Source: Octopus bimaculoides
Lineage: Eukaryota
Assembly: GCF_001194135.2 (NCBI RefSeq)
Contig: NC_068986.1
Span: forward strand, 91,580,800 to 91,644,799
Direction of reading: 5' to 3'
Length of the DNA stretch: 64,000 nt
Program-made: the position numbers and the translations under genes
Notes under the pieces: model-generated
Database searches by the model: none
Seen by the model: the letters and a program-made list of their open reading frames with translations, nothing else
Told to the model about the DNA's origin: nothing
Shown here: piece by piece, positions 1 through 14,600 of the stretch
Position numbering within the stretch: position 1 is the stretch's first letter
Layout: each line of letters begins with the position of its first letter

Positions 1-166
1 ACAGCAATCATAGTCAATCTGCAGCTTCACATCTTCCTTTAGAACCCTTCACAGTTCAAATATTTATCTTCCCTAAAGTCTTTATTCTATCAAGTGTCCC
101 CAAAAGACAAATACAAACAATGAATCCTCATAATTCTACCACAATCTGAATGAAACAATTATATAC

Positions 167-403
167 CTGATATCTTGTTAATAAGCTCTTCACAGTTGGT
201 TTGCAATCCCACGGTGACTGTGTGGAAATGGCGTCCAGCACCAAAACAGGGATGCTGCAATTGGCTGAAACATCCTTGCACTTGCAGACGACTGTTATGA
301 GGAGAAGATTTGAAGGATACCAAAATCTTTGGCTCTTCCAATAGAACTTGCAGAAACATGCGTCTTGTGAACCCAGACAGAAGAGGTCCAGATGAAATAG
401 GTC
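167..403 (-). CDS. BIRC6: BIRC6 exon 44 (last in window)
   Basis: GPISSGPLLSGFTRRMFLQVLLEE...HPCFGAGRHF; phase 1-1. Confidence 0.92.
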
Positions 404-3400
404 CTATTAGGTTAAGAAAAGATAAAATATATAAAAACAAAGATCCTGTTTTTAAAATCAGAAGGTAAATTACTGAAATATAATGAAACAAAATAGTTTA
501 CAAAACTTTCCAGTTCTGCAAAGTTTGAGAACATGGTGGAAAGTGTTTGTTGGATTTTAATGGAGTCATCATCGTCTGTTTTATGTTTTTCCAAACTTGC
601 TATGCATTAGATGTCCCTCTCCAGTACAGCGTTTCACCTACATGTAACATTCTTTTGTCATCTTTGTCAGGTTGACTACTTGAGACCAATATTAACCACC
701 TCTAAAGTTTTCCTCTTCTGCAGGTTTTCTCCACACAGATCACTTTACACTTCTTTACTCCATATATGTGACATGTCTGTTCTAATGTAGTTTCTACTCA
801 TGCACACATCTGATTATTCTTATGCCCAGCTTTTCTCTCAGCTCATTTGTGCTCCATCATTCATTCACACTAACATTATATATCCAGAGGATTTCTTTCC
901 AGACTTCATACAATTTCTACATTCAATGCTCATCTTTTGCTATGGTGCAACAGTACATTTCAGATACAAGCATCATACGATTTACTCTTCAAAGAACTCT
1001 TGGGCAACAACAAAAAAGATTGTTTCTCTAAGAGAACTTCTTCTCCTGTTATCCACTCAGGGTTGACTTAGAGTTAAACAACAATACACTTTACATAGAC
1101 AAGCCCTTAAGAGGAAAAAAGACATCTTGATAGTTAGAGATCTTGCCTATTGCTATGGTATGTTCAGGAACACAAGATCAACAAACCTCAGTTCTTTAAC
1201 TGGTCTTACATAACAAAGGAGATGAACTCAATCTAGCAAGATAATAAGTCACTGGTCAATCTGTTTTTAGTTATAGGGCTGCAAACAAAGCAAATAGTTA
1301 ATTAGGAAACAAATTGAGACATTTAAGAAGACCATACCAGATCCTTGCTCCTTGATGACTTCACAGAGTACACGGGCAAATAGATGTTGGTTCTGAGAAT
1401 GGCAAGAAATCACTTGGTTGAAGAATGTAATTACTACTGTTTCAATGGCAGCACGTTCTTCAGCAGTCATCATCTGAAAATACAATAAACAATTACCATT
1501 TGCTTATCATCATCATCATCATCATTTAACATCCACTTTCCATGCTAGCATGGGTTTGACGATTTGACTGAGGACTGGTGCACCAGATGGCTACACCAGG
1601 CTCCAATCTGATTTGGCAGAGTTTCTACAGCTGAATGCCCTTCCTAACGCCAACCACTCCGAGAGTGTAGTGGGTGCTTTTACGTGCCACCGGCACGAAG
1701 GCCAGTCAGGCGGTACTGGCAACAGCCACGCTCAAAATGGTGTATTTTAGTTAGGCGGTACTGGCAACGGCCAACATCACATAATCATCTCCCATGCTGG
1801 CATAGGTTGTACAAGTAGGAGGACTGCATTATGCTCCAATGTCTGCTTTGGCATGGTTTCTACAGCTTGATGCACTTCTTAACACCAATCGCTTTACAGT
1901 ATACTATGTTTTTTGCTTTACATGGCACTAGCACTAGTGAGGTTGCCACGTAACCAGTTAGGTTAAAGCCTCCTTTCAACTGAGGAGGAGTTTAGAAGAG
2001 AGGAAAATGATTTTATGCTACAAAACATGGGGCTATCAAAACCTAAGGTAAATCATTATGGTATTAAGTTTATGTTAATCAGTTAACCTGACACAGGTTA
2101 CCAAAAACCACTAAACATCATAAATTTAATAGAAATTTAACAAAAATTCAAAAATTCTTTTATCTACCACTCATATTCCCCTTGTATAAATATTCATCTT
2201 AAGTAATGATATCATGCACAACTCAGTCATCAAGCTTATGTGCGGAATTCTACTGGGCCCCAAAAGCAACATTATGTGAATTATGCCAATCAAGAGATAA
2301 AGTGGATTAGGAATTTTAAAAGTTCTGTGGTACTATACAAAAAGAGAATCAACATGAATCCCACCATAATATTCCATTGTGCCCCAAGTTATATCGTTCA
2401 TCCTAGTGTAAAGCAGAAGATATAAACAGCAAACTAACAAGTTTTATAATAACTCTCTCATGTGTTAAATATTACAAGAAAGTCAGTCTTGAACAAGCAA
2501 TGATATAAACATATGAATGGATGAAACAACTTACCTTATGCTTATAGTTTACGGATGAGGTTTGTGAAGTAGCAGTGGTACGAGGGGCCTGTACTGGAAT
2601 AGTGCAGAGTAATGTCAAGAGGACAGGCCAAAATATACTGCCTTCAGCACTTCCCATCCAATCTTTAATCATTGGTTCACGAGTTATCTCAGCAAAGAAC
2701 CCAAGTATTGCTGCTACAAGGTCAGCAGTTACAGTCAAACCATTAGCTGTTAAAGTGGAAAAGATTTCAGCATCAATTTAGTAATTGGCATTCACACAGG
2801 ATTTCTTTCACACACTTATATACAGTTGACTATTTATATAAAAGACTAGAATATAATTGATTTGATTTCATTTCCAGTACATTACTAGGACTCATTGGAA
2901 ACTAATGACCGGTGACTGAAAGGAAAAAGAAATCCCAAGCCAGTAGAATTTCTTCACAATGGTAAGTCAGCAAAGTATCAAAAATCTGTTAGTGCTTCTC
3001 AAAATATGGTAAAAATCTGCAAATAATTGAAGACGTCACTGATTTCTTAAATTCAATCAGCTCTGCTTACAAGTTTCTTTCTCTCTGAACAAAGGCAAAA
3101 TATATATGAACTAAGAAGTGACATTGTAAGATTGTGGAACACTGGCAGTGAATACTATATATCTTCATTTACCACTGATTCATTCATCACTGATCCCGGA
3201 TAACGATATGCTAAATGTGAACGTGCTATGCTTATGAAGTGATTTGTGATAACACAGATTGGCAACCAGTCAAATTTTGGGCTTAGACTGCAGAAGCACA
3301 TCTCAGCAACTATCCACAATGCTCAGAACAACTCAGGGTCTTAAGATGAAATCCATTTTACACCAAATTATTGATAACAGGAAAGTTGCTCTAAAAGAAG

Positions 3401-5618
3401 CACCAGTTATTATGAGTTAATTATTCTATGATACCTCTTAGCCACTCCATAAAAAAAATGTAGGTGTATATTGTTTTGACATTTTCAATAAAAATACTCA
3501 AAGTACACACACACACACACTCCCTCTTTCTGGATTGGTCAGAACTATTACTATCCCTTGTAGTATTTGTTCCAGTTATCTGTGTTCTGAGCTCAAATCT
3601 CTCAGGAGAAGGGAGACTTGCATGCATAGGTAAGTGTTGATGTAAAAAAAATATCCTTGTCGAGGAGCAAATCTTAGAGAGAAACTTTGCAGATGAAGAT
3701 ACATGGACCACAGAATACATACAGCTGCTGCACAGGAATTGTTTAACCCCCCCACCCCCAAAGAAAAAACTGTAAATAACTGAACAACTTACTTGAATTA
3801 TCACAGGTGTGAGGATAGCTTTGTTCACCAACAGGACCATTTTCTCCAATCATAGATTTACTAGCATCAGTTAGAGATTCTGGATTGGTTAAACTTTCAG
3901 CAAAGCATGCAATCTCATGGTTGCAGAATTCAAACAGCCCCTGAGCAAGAATTGCTGGGAATTTACTAGCAAGTAGTTGTTGCACTGCACCAGGAGATTG
4001 GCATGTAATGGCTAAGGTTGACAGATGTGAACGGTCAAGCATCATATTACTGAAATCATGCAATGTGATCAAATTGTTGCCAATGTCTCGGTCAGCTGCC
4101 ATAGCAGACTGTTGGTTGGTTTGGGCTTCCTTTGAGTCATCCGTCATCGAGATGTGCTGCTGTTGCTGTGAGCTATCTTTGCAGTCATCACTGATAGAGG
4201 CTGTCATGCTGTTACTGGGGTTCAACAGGATTCCCATCCACTCAAGGATGAGAGTGAAGAAACTTGGATAGATATAGCAGACAGAGCAAAGAACATTATC
4301 AACAGCTCGTTTCAGAGACGAGTCAAAGGACAGAACAGTACTCCATTCATAGACAGATCTGGAATTAGAAATTATTGTTAAGTAAGTTATTGGAAAAACA
4401 AACAAGTGCAGATTTACTGATTAATTGATGGCAAAAGTTTCTTTAGATCAAGTATACTCCAAATGAAAATACTTAGAAGTTATAGTACAGATTATGTATT
4501 ATCTGTGTGGAGTAATGTAGTGTTGTATGTTGCGAGTGTGTATGAGAGGAAGACTATAGTGTGAGCATGCATACACACATATGGAGAGTTATGGGATGTG
4601 CAGAGGAGTACGGTGTATGTGGTATGCGTAAAGGGAGTGCAGTGTGTATAAGGGAAATATGACGTGTGGAGGAATACAGTGAGTGCAGAGAGATATGTGG
4701 TGAGGTGTAAAACAGGAATCATTGCTGACCAGCTACTGAAAGAAATGCTAGTTTTAAGGCGGTGAGCTGGTAGAAACATTAGCATGCCGGGCGAAATGCT
4801 TAGCGGTATTTCATCTGCTGATACGTTCTAAGTTCAAATCCTGCCAAGGTCGACTTTGCTTTTCATCCTTTCGGGGTCGATAAATTAAGTACCAGTTGCG
4901 CACTGGGGTCGATGTAATCGACTTAATCTCTTTGTCTGTCCTTGTTTGTCTCCTCTATGTTTAGCCCTTTGTGGGCAATAAAGAAATAAGAAATGCTAGT
5001 TAATATTGTATCATAAGTGTTGTTACTGCATCATTTCTTCTCATTGGTTCAGTTTACCTAATTGTAGATGTATACCACTGTGATTAACAAATGTCTTTTT
5101 AACTCTCACTGCTAAATAATTATTCCATGGATATGGAGAAGGAAACCTTTTCCCCAAAGAGTCTTTAGAGATGCCAACATCAGCTGATACAACTATACTA
5201 TTAAAGTAGCAGAAGCAGCAGGCAAATAAAAACAGTACTACTACAAGACATGTTGTCATCCAATTGCTATGCCTTACAAGAAATTAGGTCACTGGAAAGG
5301 TTTGCTTATAATACAGTTTCATTTCCCAGATGAGCTATTTCATTAAACTTACTTGTAACTGGTGTAATACCTCTGAATCACAATCTTCTCCATTTGGATT
5401 GTGGCATAAATGAAATCAAAAACCCAGTTCTCAACAAGACAACAGTGTATCAATTTGTTTTTTGTTTTTTTTTTAATACAGATAGCATTTGTTTGATGTT
5501 GCCTTAATTCAAGAGAATTGACAAATAATTGGGTGTTTTCTTTTTCTTTTCTTACTGAAGTAACAGCAAATAAGTGTGATAAGAACAATGAAAGAGAGAG
5601 AAAGTAGAAGAGAAAGGA

Positions 5619-5651
<33 letters not shown>

Positions 5652-8600
5652 AAGAAAGAGAGAGAGAGCAAGATAAAGCAGAAGAGACAGAGAGGGATAG
5701 AGAGAGTAAACAAGAAGAGGAACGAGAAAAAAAAGATACCTGAAGAGTTGTGGTGTAATGATGGTTCGCAGTTCATTGCGCACAGGAAGGCTGTGGCTGT
5801 ACCAGAGTATAGCTGCAATGCAGTGAACATGGGGAGCTGCTGGATGAGGTAGCGTGAAATAAGGGGCTTCATGAGGAGCTGGACCATATCCATTGTTGAG
5901 GGACAGCATTTCTGACTTCTGCAGAGCTACTTCAGCACTGTCACCCAGCCATACTATTAGGGCCTTTAATCTATAAAAAGAAAGTATTAACAGAGTTTAT
6001 ACTAAAAGCATCAGATTGAAATTTTGGAGGAGGAAAAAAAAAAACATTCAATGAAATCTAAAGTATTTGTTTTATAAAAATTTTCATTAAATCACAGTCA
6101 GAAGAAGAGATGGATAATGCCTTTGGTGTTTATTGATCCATCCACATTGATGAGGAGAAAATAGTCTAGAAGTTGAAAGAGAATATGGATAGAAAGTATT
6201 TTAAAAATCTGTAAGCAGAATTGTACTTTGTTCAGAGGAAAAACAATAATTACTACAGTAGTAAGGTTTGTGATTGATGAACAAATGGTCAGACGTCCAA
6301 AATGTTAACCTCACAACTGTTGGACCACATTAGAGTATCCTTTTAATGATGTACAAGTGTATTTACAGCATTTCTATTACTTCTAACCTTATTTAAGGAC
6401 TGCTTAAACTTACACTGGATGCAACACTAGTTATAGAAGGATAAATTTAATCAGACAGCTTTCTATTTCTGTACCCCAAGACATTGGAGTAGATATCTTT
6501 TTGATTTCTGGTTTTGTACTTCAACTAATGCCATAACGTGTTACATGATCACAATGTTGTAGAAGACCAAGGAAAATAGAATATCTTTGGTGGATCTACT
6601 CACCTAGCAGGGGTACCACTATCCTGTAGAGTTCCTAGCTGATACAGGATCTCAATTGTGGAATCATTTGCAACACCACTCACTTTCCCCATGAAAGAGA
6701 CAGAATCATCTACAAGAAATAAAAAAAAATATTCACAATTTCAAAATTACTTAAAACAAATGGAACTGACATGGTGTAGAAGACTCTTTGAAAAATATGT
6801 CAAACAGTTTAGTAAAAACATAGAAACAACAAGAAATTCAGCTGCAAACAAACCTGACAATAAGTAAGGAGAGAATATAATTGTTATAAAAAGGCTCTGA
6901 TCAACTCTGATCGAGCAGTTCTGAGATAGATACTAAACCATATCTTGCTGAGCTGTGCTAAGTATTTGTTTCTATATATTACTAGAACTTACTTTGTTGG
7001 AAAGTTTACTGATACTACAGATTAAAGAACTGTTGTATTCCCAGCAAACCAAATATTTGATCCAGTTTCAACTTCTAGTTTTAACTACTTATAATATCGC
7101 TATATTTTCTGAAGAATATATCAGCCTCACAACTCATATTTTTCCTTATCCCAAGAAATCTCAAGTTTCATGCATAACAGATATAACTTGATGTAATAAT
7201 TTTTTAGTGGCTCTTAGGATACTAAAAAGAGATTAGAACTTCAAGTGGTTAAGAAACTCTCAAGACAGTTCAAACACAAAGAATGAATTGATTATTTCAA
7301 TAACCCCAGAGTTCTATAAAACTAGTGCTTTAACTCTGCTCCTTTTAGTGTGAAATAAAAGTGAAACCAATCACCAACTCTCTGGAGAAGATATCACTTT
7401 ATCACAGCTGAACAAGTGTTGTGGTGATTATTTCGTGCTGACAATTAGATGGGAAAGACACATGCAGAATAAAATATCTAGTAAAATAAGACAAAATTAA
7501 TTGACTATGATGAGTTTGAATATGTGAACCTATCATTTAAACATCCACTTTCCCATGCTTCCACAGGTCAGATGGAATTTGTTGAGGCAGATTTTCTAGT
7601 CAGAAGCCTTTCCTGTTGCCAACCCTCACCTGTTTCCAAGTGAGTTAATATTTCCCCTATGGAAGACTGGAAATGAACAATATCACCTGTACACACAGAT
7701 AGAGTTACAAACAGTAAATTGTAAGAGAAAAGTTTTAACAACTAACCAGGCTGTCCAAGGAAAGATGGCTTCCTTAATAAACTGTAGATGAGGGTAAGAC
7801 CCATATCTGTAGAATGTAGTCCAAGTTTAAGGAGCACTGTTTCAAGATGATGCGAATGAGTGCTGGCTTGAGGGGACACCAACAGGGCAGTGCATGTGGT
7901 CAGTAAATGTGGAATGGCTGCTGCTGCAGACGCAATACTTTCTTCGACGGTCAAACAATGCTGCAACAGTTGGACCCAGCCAAGGCTGTCAAGTGAAAAT
8001 AGTTTAAAAGTTCAGATTATTGTAAACTTTTGGTAGCATCATAACATTGATGTCTTATTACATCACATAATCGAGAGCAAAATGTCTGAAGAAGGCAGCC
8101 AGAAAGAATGAAGGAATAAAATTAGCAAGAGTATAAAGTAGAAATTGAACTTAGATCTTGTTAAAATCAAATTTCTGTTCCCTCGTGAATGCTTATCTAG
8201 GTTTTTTTTTTCTTACATTCATACTTATTTTGATAGTGAATGCATATATGCACAAAATCTCTCACTTGGATATAAACACACACACACACACACACACAAA
8301 CAGACACACAGTACTTATTAACATATATTTATATGATGAATTTTAATAAATTCTAAAAATTTTCATAATAAACTATAACAATAATAATAATTTCAAATTT
8401 TGCTACAAGGGCAGCAAGTTCAGGGGAGTGGTAAGTTGATTGCAGTGACCCCAGCATTCAACTGGTACATATTTTATCAACCCCAGAAGGATGAAAGGCA
8501 AAGTTGACCTTGGCGGAAATTGAACTCAGAATGCATAGATGATGAAATGCCGCTAAGCATTTTGCCTGGCATGCTATCAATTCTGCCAGCTTGCTGCCTT

Positions 8601-11600
8601 AATAATAATAATAATAATAATAAGAGTCACAACTGAAAGTTATTTAAACATACCACAGCTGTGGAACAGATTTACTTAATTTGAACAAAGAAATCTTTAT
8701 CAAAGCACAAAGAAGAACAACATTTACACAAAGTAAGATTAAAAAAAAAAAAAAATTGAGTACTGACCTGGTTTTTGATACCACATCATCAGTTGGAGCT
8801 AAAATACTGGCTGGCTTTTGGTTGGTTTCACTAAATGCACTGTGTCCCATCAATAGGATCTGTGACAGCCCAATGGTCATAGAATCCCGAGCCCTGTGCA
8901 GGCGGATGGTAACCATGGTGACAACCTCAGGCCGAATCAGCTGGAGACGGATGAAGCCAAGACTGCAAGTCATCAATGGCGCACTCATCGGTGTCACAGT
9001 AATCCCATCATGGCTGACTTCCAGAGAAACATAGGATGGACAGGCTGAAAGTTAAAAAAAAAACATGAATACCACACAAATTTATATCATAGAATTGCTA
9101 GTGTGTTATACAAAATATTTTGTGATAATTTAGTTATATTCCTTTAAGTTCAAATCATGCCCAAGTGAAAACATTTTAAGGTTGATAAAAATTTTAAAAA
9201 GACACTGTCCCAGCAAAGTTGCAGTCCAATGACAGAAACTAGCAAAAGAATAGAGAAAATGCTTTTGTGGTAGATATAAGATTACTACATCCCAACAATG
9301 ACAAAAGAATTCGACAAGTCAGAAACTACTTACTGGATAATGAGGTATTGTGAGGTGAAATCTGGACCTCTTTCAACAGAATGGCAAATGGCAATTGTAT
9401 TGTTAAATCAACCCATGTCTCATCTGGATAGAAGTGATAGGACCAAGCTGCTGACCTGGCCCTCCGGTGTGGAGGTGATGCTTGAATAAGTACTTCAGCA
9501 GGTGTAGCTGTGGGGCTACTTGAAGATATGGAGCCTGTAAAAAGAAAACAAACAGCAATTTCAATATGACTTATTTCTGGCTTAAACAGAATAATTAAAC
9601 CCTTTCAATTTTTGTTTATAACCTCTCATGTGGTTTCTACAGATAGCATAGGTGAAGAGGCATATATGAATTTGATGATTTCCACTGCTAACTGATGAAA
9701 AGAAAAATATACATTTTACTGTTTTATATCCATTTTCCCTCAATTGTGAGGTAAATCATCATCATCATCATCATCGTTTAACGTCCGTTTTCCATGCTAG
9801 CATGGGTTGGACGATTTGACTGAGGACTGGTGAACCAGATGGCTACACCAGGTTCCAATCTGATTTGGCAGAGTTTCTACAGCTGGATGCCCTTTCTAAC
9901 ACCAACCACTCCGAGAGTGTAGTGGGTGCTTTTACGTGCCACCGGCACGAAGGCCAGTCAGGAGGTACTGGCAACGGCCACGCTCGAAATGGTGTATTTT
10001 ACGTGCCACCTGCACAGGAGCCAGTCCAGCGGTACTGGCAAATATCTTTTGCAAACTTGAATATTTCCACATTACTGAAAGACTTGCATGAGCACTGGAC
10101 AAAATGTCTCGCCATAATTGTCTCTTACATTTTGCATTCAAATCCTATTGTAGTGAACTTTCAACCTTTACTTTTGGAGCTGATTAAATAAGTACCAGTC
10201 AAGGACTGGGAGTGATTAAATCAAGTGTTCCCACTCTACAACATACAGCCTTGGGCCTACACGAGAAATATTATTGGAGGGTGTAGCATTTTTATAGTTG
10301 GGTATTACAGAAATGAGTAATGTAAGTTTATAAAATGCTTTTATACACTGCAATTCACATTATTTGCAACACCAAGTTATACATGGTATCTGTTTATAGT
10401 GAAATGATCTGAATTAGCTACAGGTCAGTGTCTTGACCATAGACTCAGTATGGTGACAATACCAAAATACGAACTACTAGTTATTTGCTTGTATCAGTTT
10501 GGTAAACTTTGAAACTGGCTCAAGTGAGCAGCAATCTTACATAGTCTTTATCTAAAAAAGTCTTAAGAAATTTGATTTTGTGTTCATGAAATACAAATTC
10601 AAAGTAGACAACCCAAAAGCTTAAAAGAATGATTAAGAAACAGGCAGGCTGTCAACAATAGCTAATTTCTTTGAGAGGTTTACTTACCAAGGGGAGCAAA
10701 ATTCTGTAGAATATCATTACAGTCAGTGTTGGTGGAATTGACATTGAGCCGGTGGGCACTGGGTAGCCGGCTATTGTTACTATTGTTTAAGTTCTGCATC
10801 ATTGTAGAGATAAGACCAGGGCTAGTGTTGACAATCTTCTGACTGCAACTTACCAGGTTGTTGCAAATCACATCGACAGCCCCTACAGAAATATAAATTA
10901 AAGAAAAATAGGAACAAATGAAATAAATAAATAGTGGTGACAATAACTGTGGAGCTTCAGACAAGCAGAGTTAAGTGTCCTCTACAAAAAATACTACAAA
11001 AGGAGTTAAGTGTGTCTGTCTCTCTCTAGTACAATGCAGGAAGTGATTGTTAGTAAAATTAAATATCTTGTAAGAAAATACAGCATGATGTGAACTTGTA
11101 ACCTAGAAGTCACGAATGCAATGCATTACTCTCCTAGACACTATTTCTCATTAAAGAAATTAAAGGATTTTTTAAAGCATGAGATGAAATTTTTTGTTAA
11201 AAGGTCAACAGAATAACCAAGAGAATTCACTGTGTGAGTTCACAAATTTTATTGGTGCCAAATGAATAAATTGCAAAACTTGTTCTAGTAAGATTTCAAT
11301 TCAAACAGATGAGGTACCAAACTAGATGTCAACCATTTTAGGCTCATGTGAGCTTTTGCAGTGTACTCATAGACATTGTACATATGTAAACATAATGTGA
11401 TGATAGGGGTACTCTTATAAAAAGTAATTTTCAATTGCCTAAATATTATGTTATGCTGTTTTTCCTTCATGCTACTTTCCATACTATTAAGCAACTAAGA
11501 GAGTTTGCTTGTTCCAGGATAAATAACTAGTGTTTTATCAAAAACTACAATATTGCTGGTGAAGCTGCAGTGAACTGTACTATTGATGGTACCGATTTTA

Positions 11601-14600
11601 TAGCTAAGATTAGGAAGTGCAGCTCTTTTGAGTTGACAGATTAACCAATAAGCAGCTATGGTCAATAGTTTGTATTGTCACAATTGTTGTGTATATGACC
11701 ATTGATGTGTTTAAATGGTCCAGTTCATCTAGTGGGGTAACTACTCTCAGGTTGAAGTCCATCAATCACCACCTTGATAACAGTGGTAGGGGAATCTATC
11801 AATTCATCAGAACCCTAATTACTAAGCAAGCTACAACTAAACCAGAATCATAATCACTCAGTAATTTGTTATCCTCATTAAAGGAAAGGAAGATTGAAAA
11901 CAACAACAGAATAAAACTATTGTATATGCTACTATATAAATTCACCTTGAATCCCAAACAACTTTCTTTCTAACATAATTCTATAATTTTAAGTGACCAC
12001 AACTGTTTGGACTCCTCCTTAAAATAAAATACTATGTAATACAGGTTTGTAAAGATTCCAATATAAATAGAATTGACCAAGTGAAACTAATGTGTAATTG
12101 TACTTGCCCATAAACAAAAACAATATGCAATGGTACTCACCCATTTGAAGGAACATTTTCACAGCGCTGCTGTTATTCAGTACTTTCAGTATAAACCAGA
12201 GTAGTGGATCAGAAAGTCGACAGAGGCTGTGCCCCTGTACATACTGTCTGCCCCCACTGGACAGGTACACAAACAAAGACTCCAGCACAAGTTTAATGTC
12301 CGAACACTTATTGGTCAAAGTAACTAATATTTGGTAAACGCCGTCTCCGACGGAAAGGGGTTCTCCTATTCCAAATGTATCGTACCAGCATGAGGAAGAG
12401 GCACCTATCCCGTTGCAAATGAGCGATGCCATAGGGCTGCTGCTGCAGTAGCTCAGAGTATGTATCAGGCTGGACATGATCTGCTGGTGACCAACAATGA
12501 TGTCGGCCAGGTAGGTAGTGTTGTCATTGGGGTCACCAGCTGGCTGCCCACCAAGTCCACTGGAAGCAGACACGCCCTTCTCTTCAAAAGTCTCTTGCTC
12601 TTTCTCATCATCTGAACGAGACAGGTTGCGAAGTGGGGAAGAAGCAAACACATGACTAAGCTTAGCTGAGTCTGGCATAGGGGCAGCTGTGAAGGAGGTA
12701 GACAAATTAGGGGGGTGGTGTGTACTTGTACTTTCTGCTGTGTCTGTTTGGGGAGGGTTCCGGGAAAAGCGTGCTGGTAGTGGAATCTGGACAAGAATGT
12801 TGACAAGTTTCACAAGGCTGCACATAAATCTATCTCGGCTGGCATCGCCAGTATTTGAGCTTGTATCAACACCTCGAAAGAGGCTAGCAAATAAACCACC
12901 AAAGCAGAAGCGAGCATTGATTCCGTCATCTCCTGCCTTGCGGCATACCACTAGCTCCTGACACAGGATGTGTTGGTGAACTAGAGAGCTGATAGCCTCT
13001 ACTACACTGATTGCATTGCTGACATCAACTTGTTCATATTTTAGACAAAGGACAAAATCTAAAAAGCGACATTGTGCATCCAGAGGTCCAGAGCTGTTGT
13101 AAAAGGCTCCTCTGGAAAGAAAAGAAAAGAATAAGAGTTAATATCAAAACAGTATTTTTTTCTTTACAAGTAGATAAAATACTGATTTTCATGCACAAGA
13201 AATTGATCTTGTAGTTGCACAAGTGCAAGGTGTACAACAACCAAATTGTTGGACCCATTACTAACATGACATGCACCCTGTAGTAGAAACTTGATATTGC
13301 ATTGGACTACAGCTGCATCATCATCATCATCATCGTTTAATGTTCACTTTCCATGCTAGCATGGGTTGGATGATTTGACTGAGGACTGGCGAACCAGATG
13401 GCTGCACCAGGCTCCAGTCTGATCTGGCAGAGTTTCTAGTTGGATGCCCTTCCTAACGCCAACCACTCCAAGTGTAGTGGGTGCTTTTATGTGCCACCGG
13501 CACGAAGGCCAGTCAGGTGGTACTGGCAACGGCCACGCTCAAAATGGTGTCTTTTACATGCCACCTGCACAGGAGTCAGTCCAGCGGCACTGGCCACGAC
13601 CTCGCTTGAATGTTTTGTTCACATACCACCGGCACAAGTGCCATTAAGGTGACGCTGCTAACGATCACGCTCAAATGGTGCTTTTTTCGTGCCACCGGCA
13701 CAGAAGCCAGACAGCTGCTCTGGCAGTGATCCCACTCAGATGGTGCTGTTAGCACTCCACTGGCACGGGTGCCAATTGCACTATTCATACCAGACAAAAG
13801 TTACTCACAGAGCAAAAGAGAATCTAACGAAAGTGTATTTACCTGTCTGCGGTCAAAACGTACACCAGTTTTAGAAGAAGTTCTTTGAGTGTCATTTGTT
13901 CAGGTGCTTTCACTTCCAGTCGCTGGAGAAATTCATAGAAAGCTTTAGCAGCTGAAGGTCCAACCTAGAAGACAATAAAAAACAATGACGATATACAGAG
14001 ATACAGAACTATTGAGGACTTAAATTAAAGAAATGCAGAGAAAATTTCTTATAAATGGGAATAAACTAGAGAGAGAGATAATGCATATATTATTTGTGCT
14101 TATTTGCAAACACACAATTCCATTTATCAAATACAATTTAATTATTATTTCATCATCATTAAAACAGTGAGAAGGAGCTTGTGAGATGAAAGTTTTCAAC
14201 ATGGTGTTATAACTTAAAGTTCATGCACCATGTTAAAATCATGTTTTTTCATATATCTTTGTGGTGTGTTCATTCAGTTCATGTCATGTTCAATGGCGTG
14301 TGTGTTCATTCACTTCATATCATGTTCAATGTATGTTTTTGATGACTATTGAGTTGTGCTCATAACAATGTGGCTATTATGAAAATGTATTAATTTTTTT
14401 TCCTATTTTCAGATGTCTAATTATGAAATCACAAATTTTGAGCTTAGCATATCGCTGTGTCTTTACTGGAGAAAAAATTTGGATGCAAAAGCAGCTGCCA
14501 AAGCAACTTGTGACGTTGAAGGTGAAGGTACAGTGGCACCACGCACTGCACAGAAATGGTTCAAGCATTTCAATAAAACGATTTGGATGTTGAAGACAGA

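Noticed and set aside
3421-3760. ORFs suggesting an extra exon between exons 41 and 42
   Set aside because: Exons 41 and 42 splice directly in phase 1, and the sequence includes (GT)n and poly-T tracts with no homology.
9865-10191. Recurring ORF peptide LAEFLQLDALPNANHSESVVGAFTCHRHEGQSGG at several loci
   Set aside because: It is a translation of the non-coding antisense strand of R1 repeats, not a gene family.
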